DNA of 64,000 nt from positions 46,085 through 110,084 of the forward strand of contig JAZDFA010000015.1 in the NCBI GenBank assembly GCA_043808285.1. Reading direction: 5' to 3'. The notes beneath the pieces are model-generated. The model saw only the letters and a list, made by a program, of their open reading frames with translations. It ran no database searches and was not told the origin of the DNA. Position numbers and translations under genes: made by a program. The stretch is from an archaeon. Lineage in GTDB: Archaea; Nanobdellota; Nanobdellia; Pacearchaeales; DTIR01. Position 1 is the stretch's first letter. Every line of letters starts with the position of its first letter. Below are positions 19,369-29,158 of this stretch, one piece after another.

Positions 19369-20364
19369 ATGAAAGCAATATTAGACCTAAAAACTATCTT
19401 AAGATTTATAGGATTACGTTTATTTAATCGATCTTTTCCTTTTTCAGTAAATCTAATCATAAATTACAACTGCAATTATAGATGTAAATATTGCAATTCT
19501 TACAATACTAAAAAAAAGGAGATGACTACTAAACAAATTTTCAAAATGCTTGACGAATTTAGTGAACTTGGAACTAAAAGATTAGGGATTACTGGGGGTG
19601 AACCGCTATTGAGAAAAGATATTGGAAAAATAGTAGATTATGCAAAAAAGAAGGGAATGAAGACAACTCTCACTACAAATGGCTCTTTGGTTCCGCAAAA
19701 AATAAAAGAACTAAAGAATCTTGATCTGCTTTTGATAAGTTTTGATGGTCCAAAAGAGGTTCATGATAAATACAGAATGAAAGGTTCTTATGAAAGTGTT
19801 ATCCGGGCGATCAAAATAGCAAAAGAAAATGGGATTAATGTCTGGACTACTACTGTGATAACGAATCTTACTGAAAACAATATAGAATTTGTTGTAAAAA
19901 AGGCTAGAGAGATGGGATTTAAGTGCCTATTCCAGCCGGTTTATCATTATTCCTATTCTTCAAATAAAGATACAATAGAAGGAATGTCTGCAAAAAAGGG
20001 ACAGCACAAAATGCTAGTCCAAAAAATAATCGAGCTAAAAAGAAAAGGAGCCCAAATAGCAAATTCTTATCATTACTTAGATTACATTCTAAAATATTGG
20101 CCGGATAAGATTCATGGAAAATGTTATGCTGGAAAATTTTATTGTGGCGTTGATTCAAATGGAGAAGTTGCACCTTGTTCCCTGATATTCGGAAAGTATA
20201 AATGGACCAATGGTGTAAAGTTTGGATTTAAAGAAGCATTCAAAAAAATAAAACAAATTCCATGCAAAGGTTGCTTCTGTGTATCTTTTGTAGACATGAA
20301 TCTACTAAATTCTTACTTAACACCTGAGATAATAATCAATGCATTAAAGGATTATAATTTCTAA
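19369..20364 (+). CDS. Radical SAM enzyme with SPASM/twitch domain
   Basis: CNYRCKYCNSY motif and C-terminal Cys cluster (VAPCSLIF...CKGCFC). Confidence 0.8.
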   Translation: MKAILDLKTILRFIGLRLFNRSFPFSVNLIINYNCNYRCKYCNSYNTKKKEMTTKQIFKMLDEFSELGTKRLGITGGEPLLRKDIGKIVDYAKKKGMKTTLTTNGSLVPQKIKELKNLDLLLISFDGPKEVHDKYRMKGSYESVIRAIKIAKENGINVWTTTVITNLTENNIEFVVKKAREMGFKCLFQPVYHYSYSSNKDTIEGMSAKKGQHKMLVQKIIELKRKGAQIANSYHYLDYILKYWPDKIHGKCYAGKFYCGVDSNGEVAPCSLIFGKYKWTNGVKFGFKEAFKKIKQIPCKGCFCVSFVDMNLLNSYLTPEIIINALKDYNF

Positions 20365-20365
20365 A

Positions 20366-21244
20366 ATGATATTTGTAACTGGAGCAAGTGGATTCTTAGG
20401 GAAGTATGTTGTAAACGAATTGCTAAAATGTAATGAGAAAATAAGATGTTTTTCTAATTCAATTGGAAACTTGCCTAAAAATAATAGGATAGAAATCGTA
20501 ATCGGCGATATAAGAGACAAAGAAGCTGTTAACAAATATGTGAAAGGGGCAAAGTATATAGTGCATTTAGCAGCCGCCTTAAATCCCTACATAACTGGAG
20601 ATTTATATGAAGTAAACATTAAAGGAACAAAAAATCTAGTGGATGCTGCGAAGAAATACAAAATAAAAAAGTTTATTTTTGTAAGCTCTGAAGGTGCAGT
20701 ACAACAATTTGATGAATATGGTAAAAGCAAAATGAAAGCAGAATCAATTGTAAAAAGTCTAAAAAATTATGTCATAATACGACCCACGGTGATTTATGGT
20801 GCTGGAGACAGGAAGAACATCAGTAAACTTATAAAAATTGTTAAAAATTCACCCTTTGTTCCGTTATTCAAGAATGGAAATAACAAACTCCAGCCAGTAT
20901 ATGCTGGAGATGTAGCTGCTGCAATAAAAAATGCTTTGTCTATGGGAAAAGGAACTTACTTCGCAGCTGGAAAAGAACCCCTCTCTTTAAACGAAATAAT
21001 AACAGTCATTGAGTCCTGCTTGGGTATTAAAAGAAGGATAAGAATAAGGATCAATTTAAAGTTAATCAAAATAGTTGTTGCATTAATGAGATTCTACAAA
21101 GGCAAGATGATAAGCCCGAATCTAATAAGCCCAAATATAATAGAATACTTCTCAAAAGATCAAATTTATGACATAAGCAAGACTATAAAAGAATTAAATT
21201 ATAAACCTCTAAGTTTTTATGAGGGAATAAAAAAGTCGATATAA
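20366..21244 (+). CDS. NAD-dependent epimerase/dehydratase (extended SDR)
   Basis: MIFVTGASGFLGKYVVNELL Rossmann motif. Confidence 0.75.
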   Translation: MIFVTGASGFLGKYVVNELLKCNEKIRCFSNSIGNLPKNNRIEIVIGDIRDKEAVNKYVKGAKYIVHLAAALNPYITGDLYEVNIKGTKNLVDAAKKYKIKKFIFVSSEGAVQQFDEYGKSKMKAESIVKSLKNYVIIRPTVIYGAGDRKNISKLIKIVKNSPFVPLFKNGNNKLQPVYAGDVAAAIKNALSMGKGTYFAAGKEPLSLNEIITVIESCLGIKRRIRIRINLKLIKIVVALMRFYKGKMISPNLISPNIIEYFSKDQIYDISKTIKELNYKPLSFYEGIKKSI

Positions 21245-21296
21245 GCTATTTCTCAAGTTAGATTATATTTAAAAAGTAAGAAGAAATTAGGATAAT

Positions 21297-22364
21297 ATGA
21301 AAAACGAAATATTGATGGTTGGAGGTATTTTAAAAAGCAAATTGGTAAAAAAACCATACAAACTTAATTTTGCCGTTACATCTTTATGTAACAGCAAATG
21401 TACTACTTGTAACATCTGGAAAACTTATAAAGATAACCCAAAAAAATTAAAAGAAGAATTAAACTTAAAGGAAATCCAAGAGATATTCTCAAAGCTACCA
21501 AAAACAATTATCTGGTTGAGTCTCACGGGGGGGGAGCCCTTTCTAAAAGAAAATTTTGAAGAAATAATCATTTCTGCAATGAAAACTATGAATAATTTAA
21601 GGATGATAAGTATCCCTTCAAATGGTTTGGCTACTGAAAGAATCCTAAAAATGGTAAACAAGATAATGAAAACAAAAAAGGAGATAAGGATAATCGTCAC
21701 ATTAAGCATAGAAGGCCCTGAAAAGATACACAACAAAATAAGGGGGGTGGGGGATGGTTTTAAAAAATCATGGGAAACCTACGAAAAGCTAAAGGAACTT
21801 TCAAAAAAATACAAGAACTTTAATGTCTCAATTGAGACTACCATCTCAAAATATAATATAGATTATCTTCCGCAATTTATTGAAAAATTAATTAAGGGGG
21901 GGAATGAATTGACTCTTACTATTGCACATAATGCCGCTCTTTACAAGAATGAAAAAAATAGCAAATTGATGCCTTCTCAAATAAACAAGATAAAAAAGAT
22001 AGTACAAATAGCAATAAATGGAAAAAAATATCTCAATCCAAAAAATAGAATAGAATCAATATTCCTAAAAAACCTCCCAGAATATGCCATTAATCCTAAA
22101 AAGAGTGTAATGCCCTGCTATGCACTCAAATCTTCAATTTCTCTTGATCAAAATGGGAATGTCCTGCCTTGTCTTATGTGGGGAATGAATCTTGGGAATG
22201 TAAGAGACTATGGATATGATATAAAAAGGATAATCTCTTCAAAAAAAGCTTTTTGTGTAATGAACACGATAAAAAACAAGAGATGTCCCAATTGCTGGAC
22301 ACCTTGTGAGGGATACCAAAGTGTAATTGGTAATCTTATAAATATGAAAATATCTCCTTTCTAA
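21297..22364 (+). CDS. Radical SAM enzyme with SPASM/twitch domain
   Basis: CNSKCTTCNIW motif, GGEPF motif and C-terminal Cys cluster (VLPCLMWG...CPNCWTPC). Confidence 0.8.
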   Translation: MKNEILMVGGILKSKLVKKPYKLNFAVTSLCNSKCTTCNIWKTYKDNPKKLKEELNLKEIQEIFSKLPKTIIWLSLTGGEPFLKENFEEIIISAMKTMNNLRMISIPSNGLATERILKMVNKIMKTKKEIRIIVTLSIEGPEKIHNKIRGVGDGFKKSWETYEKLKELSKKYKNFNVSIETTISKYNIDYLPQFIEKLIKGGNELTLTIAHNAALYKNEKNSKLMPSQINKIKKIVQIAINGKKYLNPKNRIESIFLKNLPEYAINPKKSVMPCYALKSSISLDQNGNVLPCLMWGMNLGNVRDYGYDIKRIISSKKAFCVMNTIKNKRCPNCWTPCEGYQSVIGNLINMKISPF

Positions 22365-22365
22365 A

Positions 22366-23112
22366 ATGCTCAAAGTATGTCTTGTTATAGATGTTGAAAG
22401 ATTTATCTCATTTAAACAGAATAATCCTGAATGGAATGTGCTTCAAAATCTAAAAAAGATACTTGCTTACTTGCTTAGGGGATTCCTTTATGACCAGAGA
22501 GGTTATGAAAATACTTATAAGATTATATGCAAGCATAGATTTCCAGTTTCATTTATGTTAGTAGGAAGCTTATTCAAACCATTAGAAAAAAAGAATTTTA
22601 TTGATTATGGGTATCATACCTATAGTCATAAACCTCTGACATATCTCCCAGATAAAAAGATACTGGGGGAAATTAAGAATATTTACAATGCAGTTAGCTT
22701 TTCGGCCCCCATGAATCTAATTGATGATCCATTAAAACCTGACAGAATATTAAAGATGCTTAAAAAAGAAGGATATAAAATTATTATTTGGGGTGGTTCA
22801 ACTATAAGGAATAAAAAAAATAAGATTGTTGTAGTTCCTTCAAGAAAAAATATAGTAGAACCAAAGACAGTTGAAGGAATAAAATGTGTTTACATAAGCA
22901 ATCTATTTAATGATAAAACCCCCAAGGAAAATATAATTAAAATGCTGGAAGAGATTGAGCAGAATTCTGGTAAAGAGTCAGTCTATTGCATAACAACACA
23001 TGAATTCTCCCATAAAGATACTTCAAATCTTGAGTATATAATAAAAAGGCTTATTGAACTTAAGGATCAAGGCAGGATAAAAATAGTAAATCTTAGAGAT
23101 ATTGCAAAATGA
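22366..23112 (+). CDS. Putative polysaccharide deacetylase-like (CE4-like) enzyme
   Basis: HTYSHKP resembles the CE4 H[ST]xxHP motif; N-terminal LVIDVE in place of the canonical TFDDG. Weak call. Confidence 0.35.
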   Translation: MLKVCLVIDVERFISFKQNNPEWNVLQNLKKILAYLLRGFLYDQRGYENTYKIICKHRFPVSFMLVGSLFKPLEKKNFIDYGYHTYSHKPLTYLPDKKILGEIKNIYNAVSFSAPMNLIDDPLKPDRILKMLKKEGYKIIIWGGSTIRNKKNKIVVVPSRKNIVEPKTVEGIKCVYISNLFNDKTPKENIIKMLEEIEQNSGKESVYCITTHEFSHKDTSNLEYIIKRLIELKDQGRIKIVNLRDIAK

Positions 23113-23244
23113 AAGAAGTCAAAGAAGTAAGAATATCCCTAAAAAAGATATAGAAAAGGTAGGAGAGATAATCTCAGTTTTTATGAAAGGAAAAAATATT
23201 TTTTCACCCATAACTTTTTTAAACAAGGCATTTGTAGGCTTGAT

Positions 23245-24690
23245 ATGAGAATAATACTCTTAAACTTAAGATCAGATTATACTGGATTCCCATTAGGACT
23301 CGCATACTTATCAGCATGTTTAAAAAAAGCGGGTTTTAAAGACATCAAAGGGATAGACTTGGGGATTGATTCTGAAAAAAATCTTTTAGAGTATATCGAA
23401 AAAGCAGACATATTGGCAATGTCTGTTATGACGAGGAATTATTTTGACGCTATAAGAATATCTAAAAAAGCTAAAAAAATAAATCCTGGTCTAAAAATAA
23501 TAGTTGGTGGTCCTCATCCTACGGTATGCTCAGAAGATATGATGCAGCCTAGTATAGATTTTATAGTAATTGGTGAAGGAGAGATTACAATAGTAGAACT
23601 ATTAAAGAATTTATCAAATAATAAACAAGACCTTTCAGAAATTAAAGGGGTGTGGTATAGATCAAATAATAAATGGAATAAAAATAAAAAAAGAGATTTC
23701 ATAAAAAATTTGGATTCTCTCCCATTTCCAGATCATGAGATATTCCAGATAAATAGATATAATTTCGGTATGCTCAAACATTTTTATAAGCCTCCAATCC
23801 CAATAATAACTTCTAGGAGCTGCCTATATAATTGTGCTAATTGCCAACCAGCTTTATCAAAAATAGCTGGTTCTTTTAGACAAAGGAGTATTAAAAATGT
23901 AATAGAAGAAATAGAATTTCTTATAAAAAAATATAGATATAGAAAATTTGGATTCAATGATAATGATATAACCACTGACAAAAAATGGATAAAAGAATTT
24001 TGTAGAGAGATTATCAGAAAAAAGCTGAAGATTGAATGGGGGGCTAATGCCAGAGCAACTAATATGGACGAAGATGTTATGAAACTGCTCAAAAAATCTG
24101 GCTTTAAAATGTTTTTTATGGGAGTAGAAAGTGGTTCTCAGGAAATTCTTGATAACGTCTTAATAAAAGGAATAACTATTGAAAGAGTTAAAGAAGTTGT
24201 AAACAATGCAAGAAAGGTGGGAATTTCTCCACAATGCAGTTTTATGATTGGTATTCCTGGCGAAACGAAAGAACAAATGCAACAAACTCTTGATTTAGCT
24301 GTAAGTCTAAAGCCAGACATAGCATTCATTTGCCCTGTTGTCCCTTATCCGGAAACGAGATATGAAAAGATACTGAAAGATAAGGGGTGGCTACTGAGTA
24401 ATTCTCATTTTGAATATGGCAATGGGATAAGTATGAGCTATAGAACAGATTATTGGGATAGTTCTTTTCTTGAAGAAATGAAGAAAAAATGTGTTAATCT
24501 ATTTAATAAAAGAGGATATATAGAAATAGATAAAACTTCTACTGGCACAATGGTATTTTACAATGTAAGATCGAACAAAAAAAGGTTATTTATTCTTTTA
24601 GGAAAAGAGATTATTTACTTCAATAAAGATAAAGATATAAGACTACATGTAAAAAATGTTGGGATAATCTTTAAAAATTTATTTCTTTAA
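23245..24690 (+). CDS. B12-binding-domain radical SAM enzyme (class B)
   Basis: N-terminal B12-binding-like domain and SRSCLYNCANCQ radical SAM motif. Confidence 0.8.
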   Translation: MRIILLNLRSDYTGFPLGLAYLSACLKKAGFKDIKGIDLGIDSEKNLLEYIEKADILAMSVMTRNYFDAIRISKKAKKINPGLKIIVGGPHPTVCSEDMMQPSIDFIVIGEGEITIVELLKNLSNNKQDLSEIKGVWYRSNNKWNKNKKRDFIKNLDSLPFPDHEIFQINRYNFGMLKHFYKPPIPIITSRSCLYNCANCQPALSKIAGSFRQRSIKNVIEEIEFLIKKYRYRKFGFNDNDITTDKKWIKEFCREIIRKKLKIEWGANARATNMDEDVMKLLKKSGFKMFFMGVESGSQEILDNVLIKGITIERVKEVVNNARKVGISPQCSFMIGIPGETKEQMQQTLDLAVSLKPDIAFICPVVPYPETRYEKILKDKGWLLSNSHFEYGNGISMSYRTDYWDSSFLEEMKKKCVNLFNKRGYIEIDKTSTGTMVFYNVRSNKKRLFILLGKEIIYFNKDKDIRLHVKNVGIIFKNLFL

Positions 24691-24753
24691 ATATAATGCG
24701 TTTCACAAGATTTAAATGTACTCTTGGATATTCTGTTAAATCTTACTAGATAA

Positions 24754-25428
24754 ATGGCAATTAAATGGGGATATACAAAAAAAGGAAAAATGCAATTTCA
24801 AGATTTTGTTGAAACGATTGAAGTAGACTTGACAAAACCAATAGAAAAATTAAAGAACGCTCTAGATAAAGATGCCAGATGGGGCATAAATAAAGCGATA
24901 AAAGAAGGGCTTACAGTAAAAGAAGCTGATGAAAAAGAGGTAAAAGAATTCTATGAGATTTATAGAGAGATGTGTAAAAGGAATGAGATTAAAATGCATG
25001 ACTTAAATGAGATTATCCTAAATAATCCTCCTTCCTACAACAGAAAAATATTTGTGTGCAAAAAAGGAAACAAAATTATCTCTGGAGTTTCAATAACTGA
25101 GAATAAAACAAATGGTATAATTAGCCTTTATGTAAATGCGTCTAATCCCGAATACCTAAAATTTCAGCCAAATAACTTGTTGTACTGGAGTATAATAGAG
25201 CATGGAAAAAGGATAAATGCAAAAACATTTGATTTGGGCGGCTACGATGCAACCGCTGAGAAAGGTTCTAAAACATATGAGATAAATCGATTTAAAGAAA
25301 GGTGGGGAGGTAAGATAGTCAAATATCCTGTTTACAGCAACAATCCTTTCTATATACTGGGAAGGAAGATTATAAGGAATTCTTCTTTTTTGAGAAGATT
25401 ATTCAAAAAAATAAAACAAAAAAATTAA
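24754..25428 (+). CDS. FemAB-like / GNAT-fold acyl- or aminoacyl-transferase (putative)
   Basis: Resembles the FemAB/Acetyltransf_6 C-terminal domain (...FDLGGYDATAEKGSKTYEINRFKERWGGKIV). Confidence 0.35.
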   Translation: MAIKWGYTKKGKMQFQDFVETIEVDLTKPIEKLKNALDKDARWGINKAIKEGLTVKEADEKEVKEFYEIYREMCKRNEIKMHDLNEIILNNPPSYNRKIFVCKKGNKIISGVSITENKTNGIISLYVNASNPEYLKFQPNNLLYWSIIEHGKRINAKTFDLGGYDATAEKGSKTYEINRFKERWGGKIVKYPVYSNNPFYILGRKIIRNSSFLRRLFKKIKQKN

Positions 25429-25454
25429 AAGTTTATTCTAGGAGCTTAAAAAAA

Positions 25455-26558
25455 TTAGTGGATCCCATATCTGAAATAACACTTTTTGCATGATTCATTG
25501 AGGTCTCTCTTATTATCATATCTCAATGTTTTATAATTACGGTTATTCCATATCTTTTCTATTGACTCTTCATTTAGGTTTCCTAGAATAACTGAAGGCA
25601 TAGTTGTTTCTTTTTTTATCAAGTTGCCTTCATCGATACAAAAGAAATGTTTTCTGGTATCTCTAAAATGTGGGCAGCAGCATACATCTCCATTAATAAA
25701 AAGCATCATCATTTCCCATATAAAAGGACAGGAGCACTTAGAAGTGTTTACTCCAAATATTTTGGGGAGTCTTATTGGCATATTAAGATCCTTTGCTAGA
25801 TTTTCGGTTTCATCAAATATTCTTTTTATATCTCCTTTGTCAAGATTGAATAAAGAACTCTTTACAGAATCCTTATTATGACAAGTAAGTGCAGTAAACC
25901 ACACATTGTCTGCTCCGATTTTCTTTGCAAATCTTACAATAGAAGGCATTTCTTCTATATTCTCCTTTTGCGCAGCAAAACCAATAGCAATTGTTGGTGT
26001 TTTACTCTTCAATTGTCTCTTCCTTTCACATATTTCTCCTAGATGTTGCATAACAATATCAAAAGGAGAGTGCGGAATTGGACGTATCTTCTCATATACC
26101 TCTTTTTTAAGAGAATCCAAAGAGATATCCATGCTATCTGTTCTGTATTTGAATGTTTTCTCTATATTCTCTTTGGTTAGAAGTAACCCATTTGTTGTAT
26201 AATGCACTTTTATTCCGAAGCTTTTAAGATAATTGTGAATCTGCCAAAATTCTGGATTCAACAATGGTTCACCTAAACCTGCCCCTAAGGTGATAAAATT
26301 AACATAAGGCAGTATTGGTTCTAATTTCTTAAAATAAGAAAGAGGCGTATGCTTGTTTAATATCCCTTTAGACATAACACTCCTTTCACATCTTGGGCAC
26401 TCCATATTACACGTGGTGGATAGTTCTATTTGGAGATAAGAAGGATAATATCTTGCTCTTGAGGGGTAGAACTTTCTATAAAATGACTGAAGAACTAGGT
26501 TGCTGTATCTTCTAGGGTATCTTACAGCCCTTGCAAATCTTCGCAACACCTTTTTCAT
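25455..26558 (-). CDS. Radical SAM enzyme with SPASM/twitch domain
   Basis: CNMECPRCE motif and C-terminal CCCPHF...CKKC Cys cluster. Confidence 0.8.
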   Translation of the reverse strand: MKKVLRRFARAVRYPRRYSNLVLQSFYRKFYPSRARYYPSYLQIELSTTCNMECPRCERSVMSKGILNKHTPLSYFKKLEPILPYVNFITLGAGLGEPLLNPEFWQIHNYLKSFGIKVHYTTNGLLLTKENIEKTFKYRTDSMDISLDSLKKEVYEKIRPIPHSPFDIVMQHLGEICERKRQLKSKTPTIAIGFAAQKENIEEMPSIVRFAKKIGADNVWFTALTCHNKDSVKSSLFNLDKGDIKRIFDETENLAKDLNMPIRLPKIFGVNTSKCSCPFIWEMMMLFINGDVCCCPHFRDTRKHFFCIDEGNLIKKETTMPSVILGNLNEESIEKIWNNRNYKTLRYDNKRDLNESCKKCYFRYGIH

Positions 26559-26725
26559 TCTCCCATAATCTCTAAGAGATTTATAAAACTTGTTAATCCA
26601 AGATGTAAAAAATTTAATAAAAATAGATTCAAGCCTAGAGGAGGTGGCAAGATAGTAAAATATCTGGTTGATATCAAGAATCTATTTTACATTATTGTAA
26701 GAAAGATACTTAGAAAATTTTCCTC

Positions 26726-27835
26726 TTAAGAGCAGATTTTTTTGCATAGCTCCTTAAATTTATCCTGAAAATTTTTCGTGCTGTACTCTCTTGCTTTTTT
26801 TACTGCATTTCTGCTCATCTTTTCTCTCAATCCCTCATTCTCAATAAGAAAAGTTATAAAATCCTGGGCCTCTTCAGGATTATTGAATAGGAATCCGGAT
26901 TTCTTATGCTCAACTATCTCTTTTTGTCCCCCCCCATTAAACACCACTGGAACAGCACCTTGAGCCATTGCTTCTGCAGTAACCATCCCGAAATGTTCCA
27001 TCTCCTGCGGCTCTTTTAGCTCATTTCTTCCATATCCCTTTGCATGAAAGAATATCTTTGACTTGGAATAATTTTCCCTAAGCTTTGAACTCTCTAAATG
27101 TCCTGCAAATCTGACTGGAAAATTCTTTGCTTCCTTCTTTAATCCTGAAAAATCCCCCTCTCCGCAGATTAGATATTCATAATCTCTGTGCTTTTCTGAA
27201 ATTTTTTTGAAGCAGCTTATCATAAAAGAATAATTCTTATCCTTTGCTATCCTTCCAGCACTCAGGATGATGTTTAATTTTTTTCTTTTTATCCTATCTA
27301 TATCTATAGGCGGATTAAGAACAAAAGCATTGATGATCCATAACATCTTAAGCCATCTCTTGGTATACTCTGAATTGCAAAGCACCAAATCATAGCTTCT
27401 GGAGTGATTACCATAGAGGGTTTTAATCAATGCATATCCCAGCAGTATAATTCCATCGGCAAGATTTCTAGCATTTCGGTAAATCTTTCTTTCTGGAAAA
27501 TGAAAGTAGATTATGCTTTTTCTGCTCTGGGGGATTACTGTCTCATGATTTGAATTGATAAACAAATCATAATTTGAAGAGATTCTTGATACTTTGCCTG
27601 CTGAAAGAGTATGGAAATAGCTTTCTTTTTTATAATCTTTTGAATTGAATAAGAAGATTAAGTTCACTTTTGAAAGGTCTGCAGAATAAATTTTTTCAAG
27701 ATCCTTTTTATCAACATTATACAAACTGAGTAATTCTACCTTATGATTTTCAGAGAGGGCTTCCGCCATCTTTATAAAAACTTTTTGCCCTCCGCCTATT
27801 CTATGCATTGCCCATTCATATATGCAGATATTCAT
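26726..27835 (-). CDS. Family 4 (GT-B) glycosyltransferase
   Basis: EHFGMVTAEAMAQGAVPVVFNGGGQKEIV motif. Confidence 0.8.
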   Translation of the reverse strand: MNICIYEWAMHRIGGGQKVFIKMAEALSENHKVELLSLYNVDKKDLEKIYSADLSKVNLIFLFNSKDYKKESYFHTLSAGKVSRISSNYDLFINSNHETVIPQSRKSIIYFHFPERKIYRNARNLADGIILLGYALIKTLYGNHSRSYDLVLCNSEYTKRWLKMLWIINAFVLNPPIDIDRIKRKKLNIILSAGRIAKDKNYSFMISCFKKISEKHRDYEYLICGEGDFSGLKKEAKNFPVRFAGHLESSKLRENYSKSKIFFHAKGYGRNELKEPQEMEHFGMVTAEAMAQGAVPVVFNGGGQKEIVEHKKSGFLFNNPEEAQDFITFLIENEGLREKMSRNAVKKAREYSTKNFQDKFKELCKKICS

Positions 27836-27887
27836 GTAATAACTCTAACAAAAAGCTATATAAATATTATTTTGATTTACTTCTTTA

Positions 27888-29117
27888 ATGAGAGTTTGCC
27901 ATGTAACGAATAATCTTGTAGGGTATCATAAAGCCTGGGGAGGGGCTGAGCAAGCCGCCGATAGGATTATAAGGCTTCTTGAAAAAAATGGTATTGAAAA
28001 TATGGTGCTTGCAACAAAACCTTTAAGAGAAGTAAAGGAAAGTTTTGAGTTTTATTCTGTCCCAGTGATCCAGGATTTTATTGGAGAGCACCTTGGCAGC
28101 CTTTTCAAAAGGCCCTATGACCTAGTAGCTTACAATTATTGCTACAACCTTCTTAAGGAAAAGAAACCAGATTTAGTCCTGCTTTATAACTTTGGGAATA
28201 TAGGTTTTGGCGTTATACTAGCTGCAAAGAAACTGAATATCCCAGTAATATTTATTGCATGTGACTTCTGGTTTTTATGCCCCTTGCAAACTCTGATAAA
28301 AAAAGATGGCACAAATTGCACCGATTTTCACAGTTATAGATGTATAGACTGCTTAGAGAATAAAAGAGACCTCCTTCAAAAGATATCTTTAAGATGGAGA
28401 AAGAATCTTTTCGACAAATATTTTTTCAGCAAAGTGGACAGGATAATTGTTCTTGCAGATTATTGGAAGGACCTTCTTAAAAAATATGGCTTGTCCCAAG
28501 AAAAGATCAAAGTAATCCCTCTGCCATTAAAAAAAGAGAGAGTTAAGAAAGAGAAAGTTGAAAAGGATTCTATATTATACACTGGCTGGATTGTCCCAAG
28601 AAAAGGTCTTCATATTGTTCTTGAAGCAATGCCAGAAATATTAAAGAAAATTCCTAATATAAAATTGTATGTGATTGGTGAAAATGACCCCTCAGAAATA
28701 GAGTACAAGAATAAAATAGACAAAATAATCTCTGAAAATAAGCTTGAGAAAAATGTCTTTCTTCTTGGCAAAAAGCCCTACAAGGAAGTTCAAAGGATAG
28801 TGCAAAAATCAGAGTTGGTTGTTGTGCCAGAACAATGGCAGATTGCCCTGTCTACATTTATGAATGAGGCAATGATTTATGGAAAGCCTGTTGTTGCAAG
28901 CAGAATAGGGGGAATTCCGGAGTATCTCCAAGATGGAAAATGTGGCCTTCTTGCAGAACCAAGAGATTCTAAGGATTTTGCCCAGAAGATTATAAACCTT
29001 CTGAAAAATAAGCAAAGGGCTAAGAATATGGGAAGAAATGCTGCCCTGTTCATGTCTAAAAAAACAGATGAGAGAAAAATCTTTGACGAGTTGAACAATG
29101 TTTACAAAGATTTATAA
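27888..29117 (+). CDS. Family 4 (GT-B) glycosyltransferase
   Basis: FMNEAMIYGKPVVASRIGGIPEYLQDG motif. Confidence 0.8.
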   Translation: MRVCHVTNNLVGYHKAWGGAEQAADRIIRLLEKNGIENMVLATKPLREVKESFEFYSVPVIQDFIGEHLGSLFKRPYDLVAYNYCYNLLKEKKPDLVLLYNFGNIGFGVILAAKKLNIPVIFIACDFWFLCPLQTLIKKDGTNCTDFHSYRCIDCLENKRDLLQKISLRWRKNLFDKYFFSKVDRIIVLADYWKDLLKKYGLSQEKIKVIPLPLKKERVKKEKVEKDSILYTGWIVPRKGLHIVLEAMPEILKKIPNIKLYVIGENDPSEIEYKNKIDKIISENKLEKNVFLLGKKPYKEVQRIVQKSELVVVPEQWQIALSTFMNEAMIYGKPVVASRIGGIPEYLQDGKCGLLAEPRDSKDFAQKIINLLKNKQRAKNMGRNAALFMSKKTDERKIFDELNNVYKDL

Positions 29118-29158
29118 GAGATTTATAGCATAATTTATAATTCAATTTATATTCAAAA

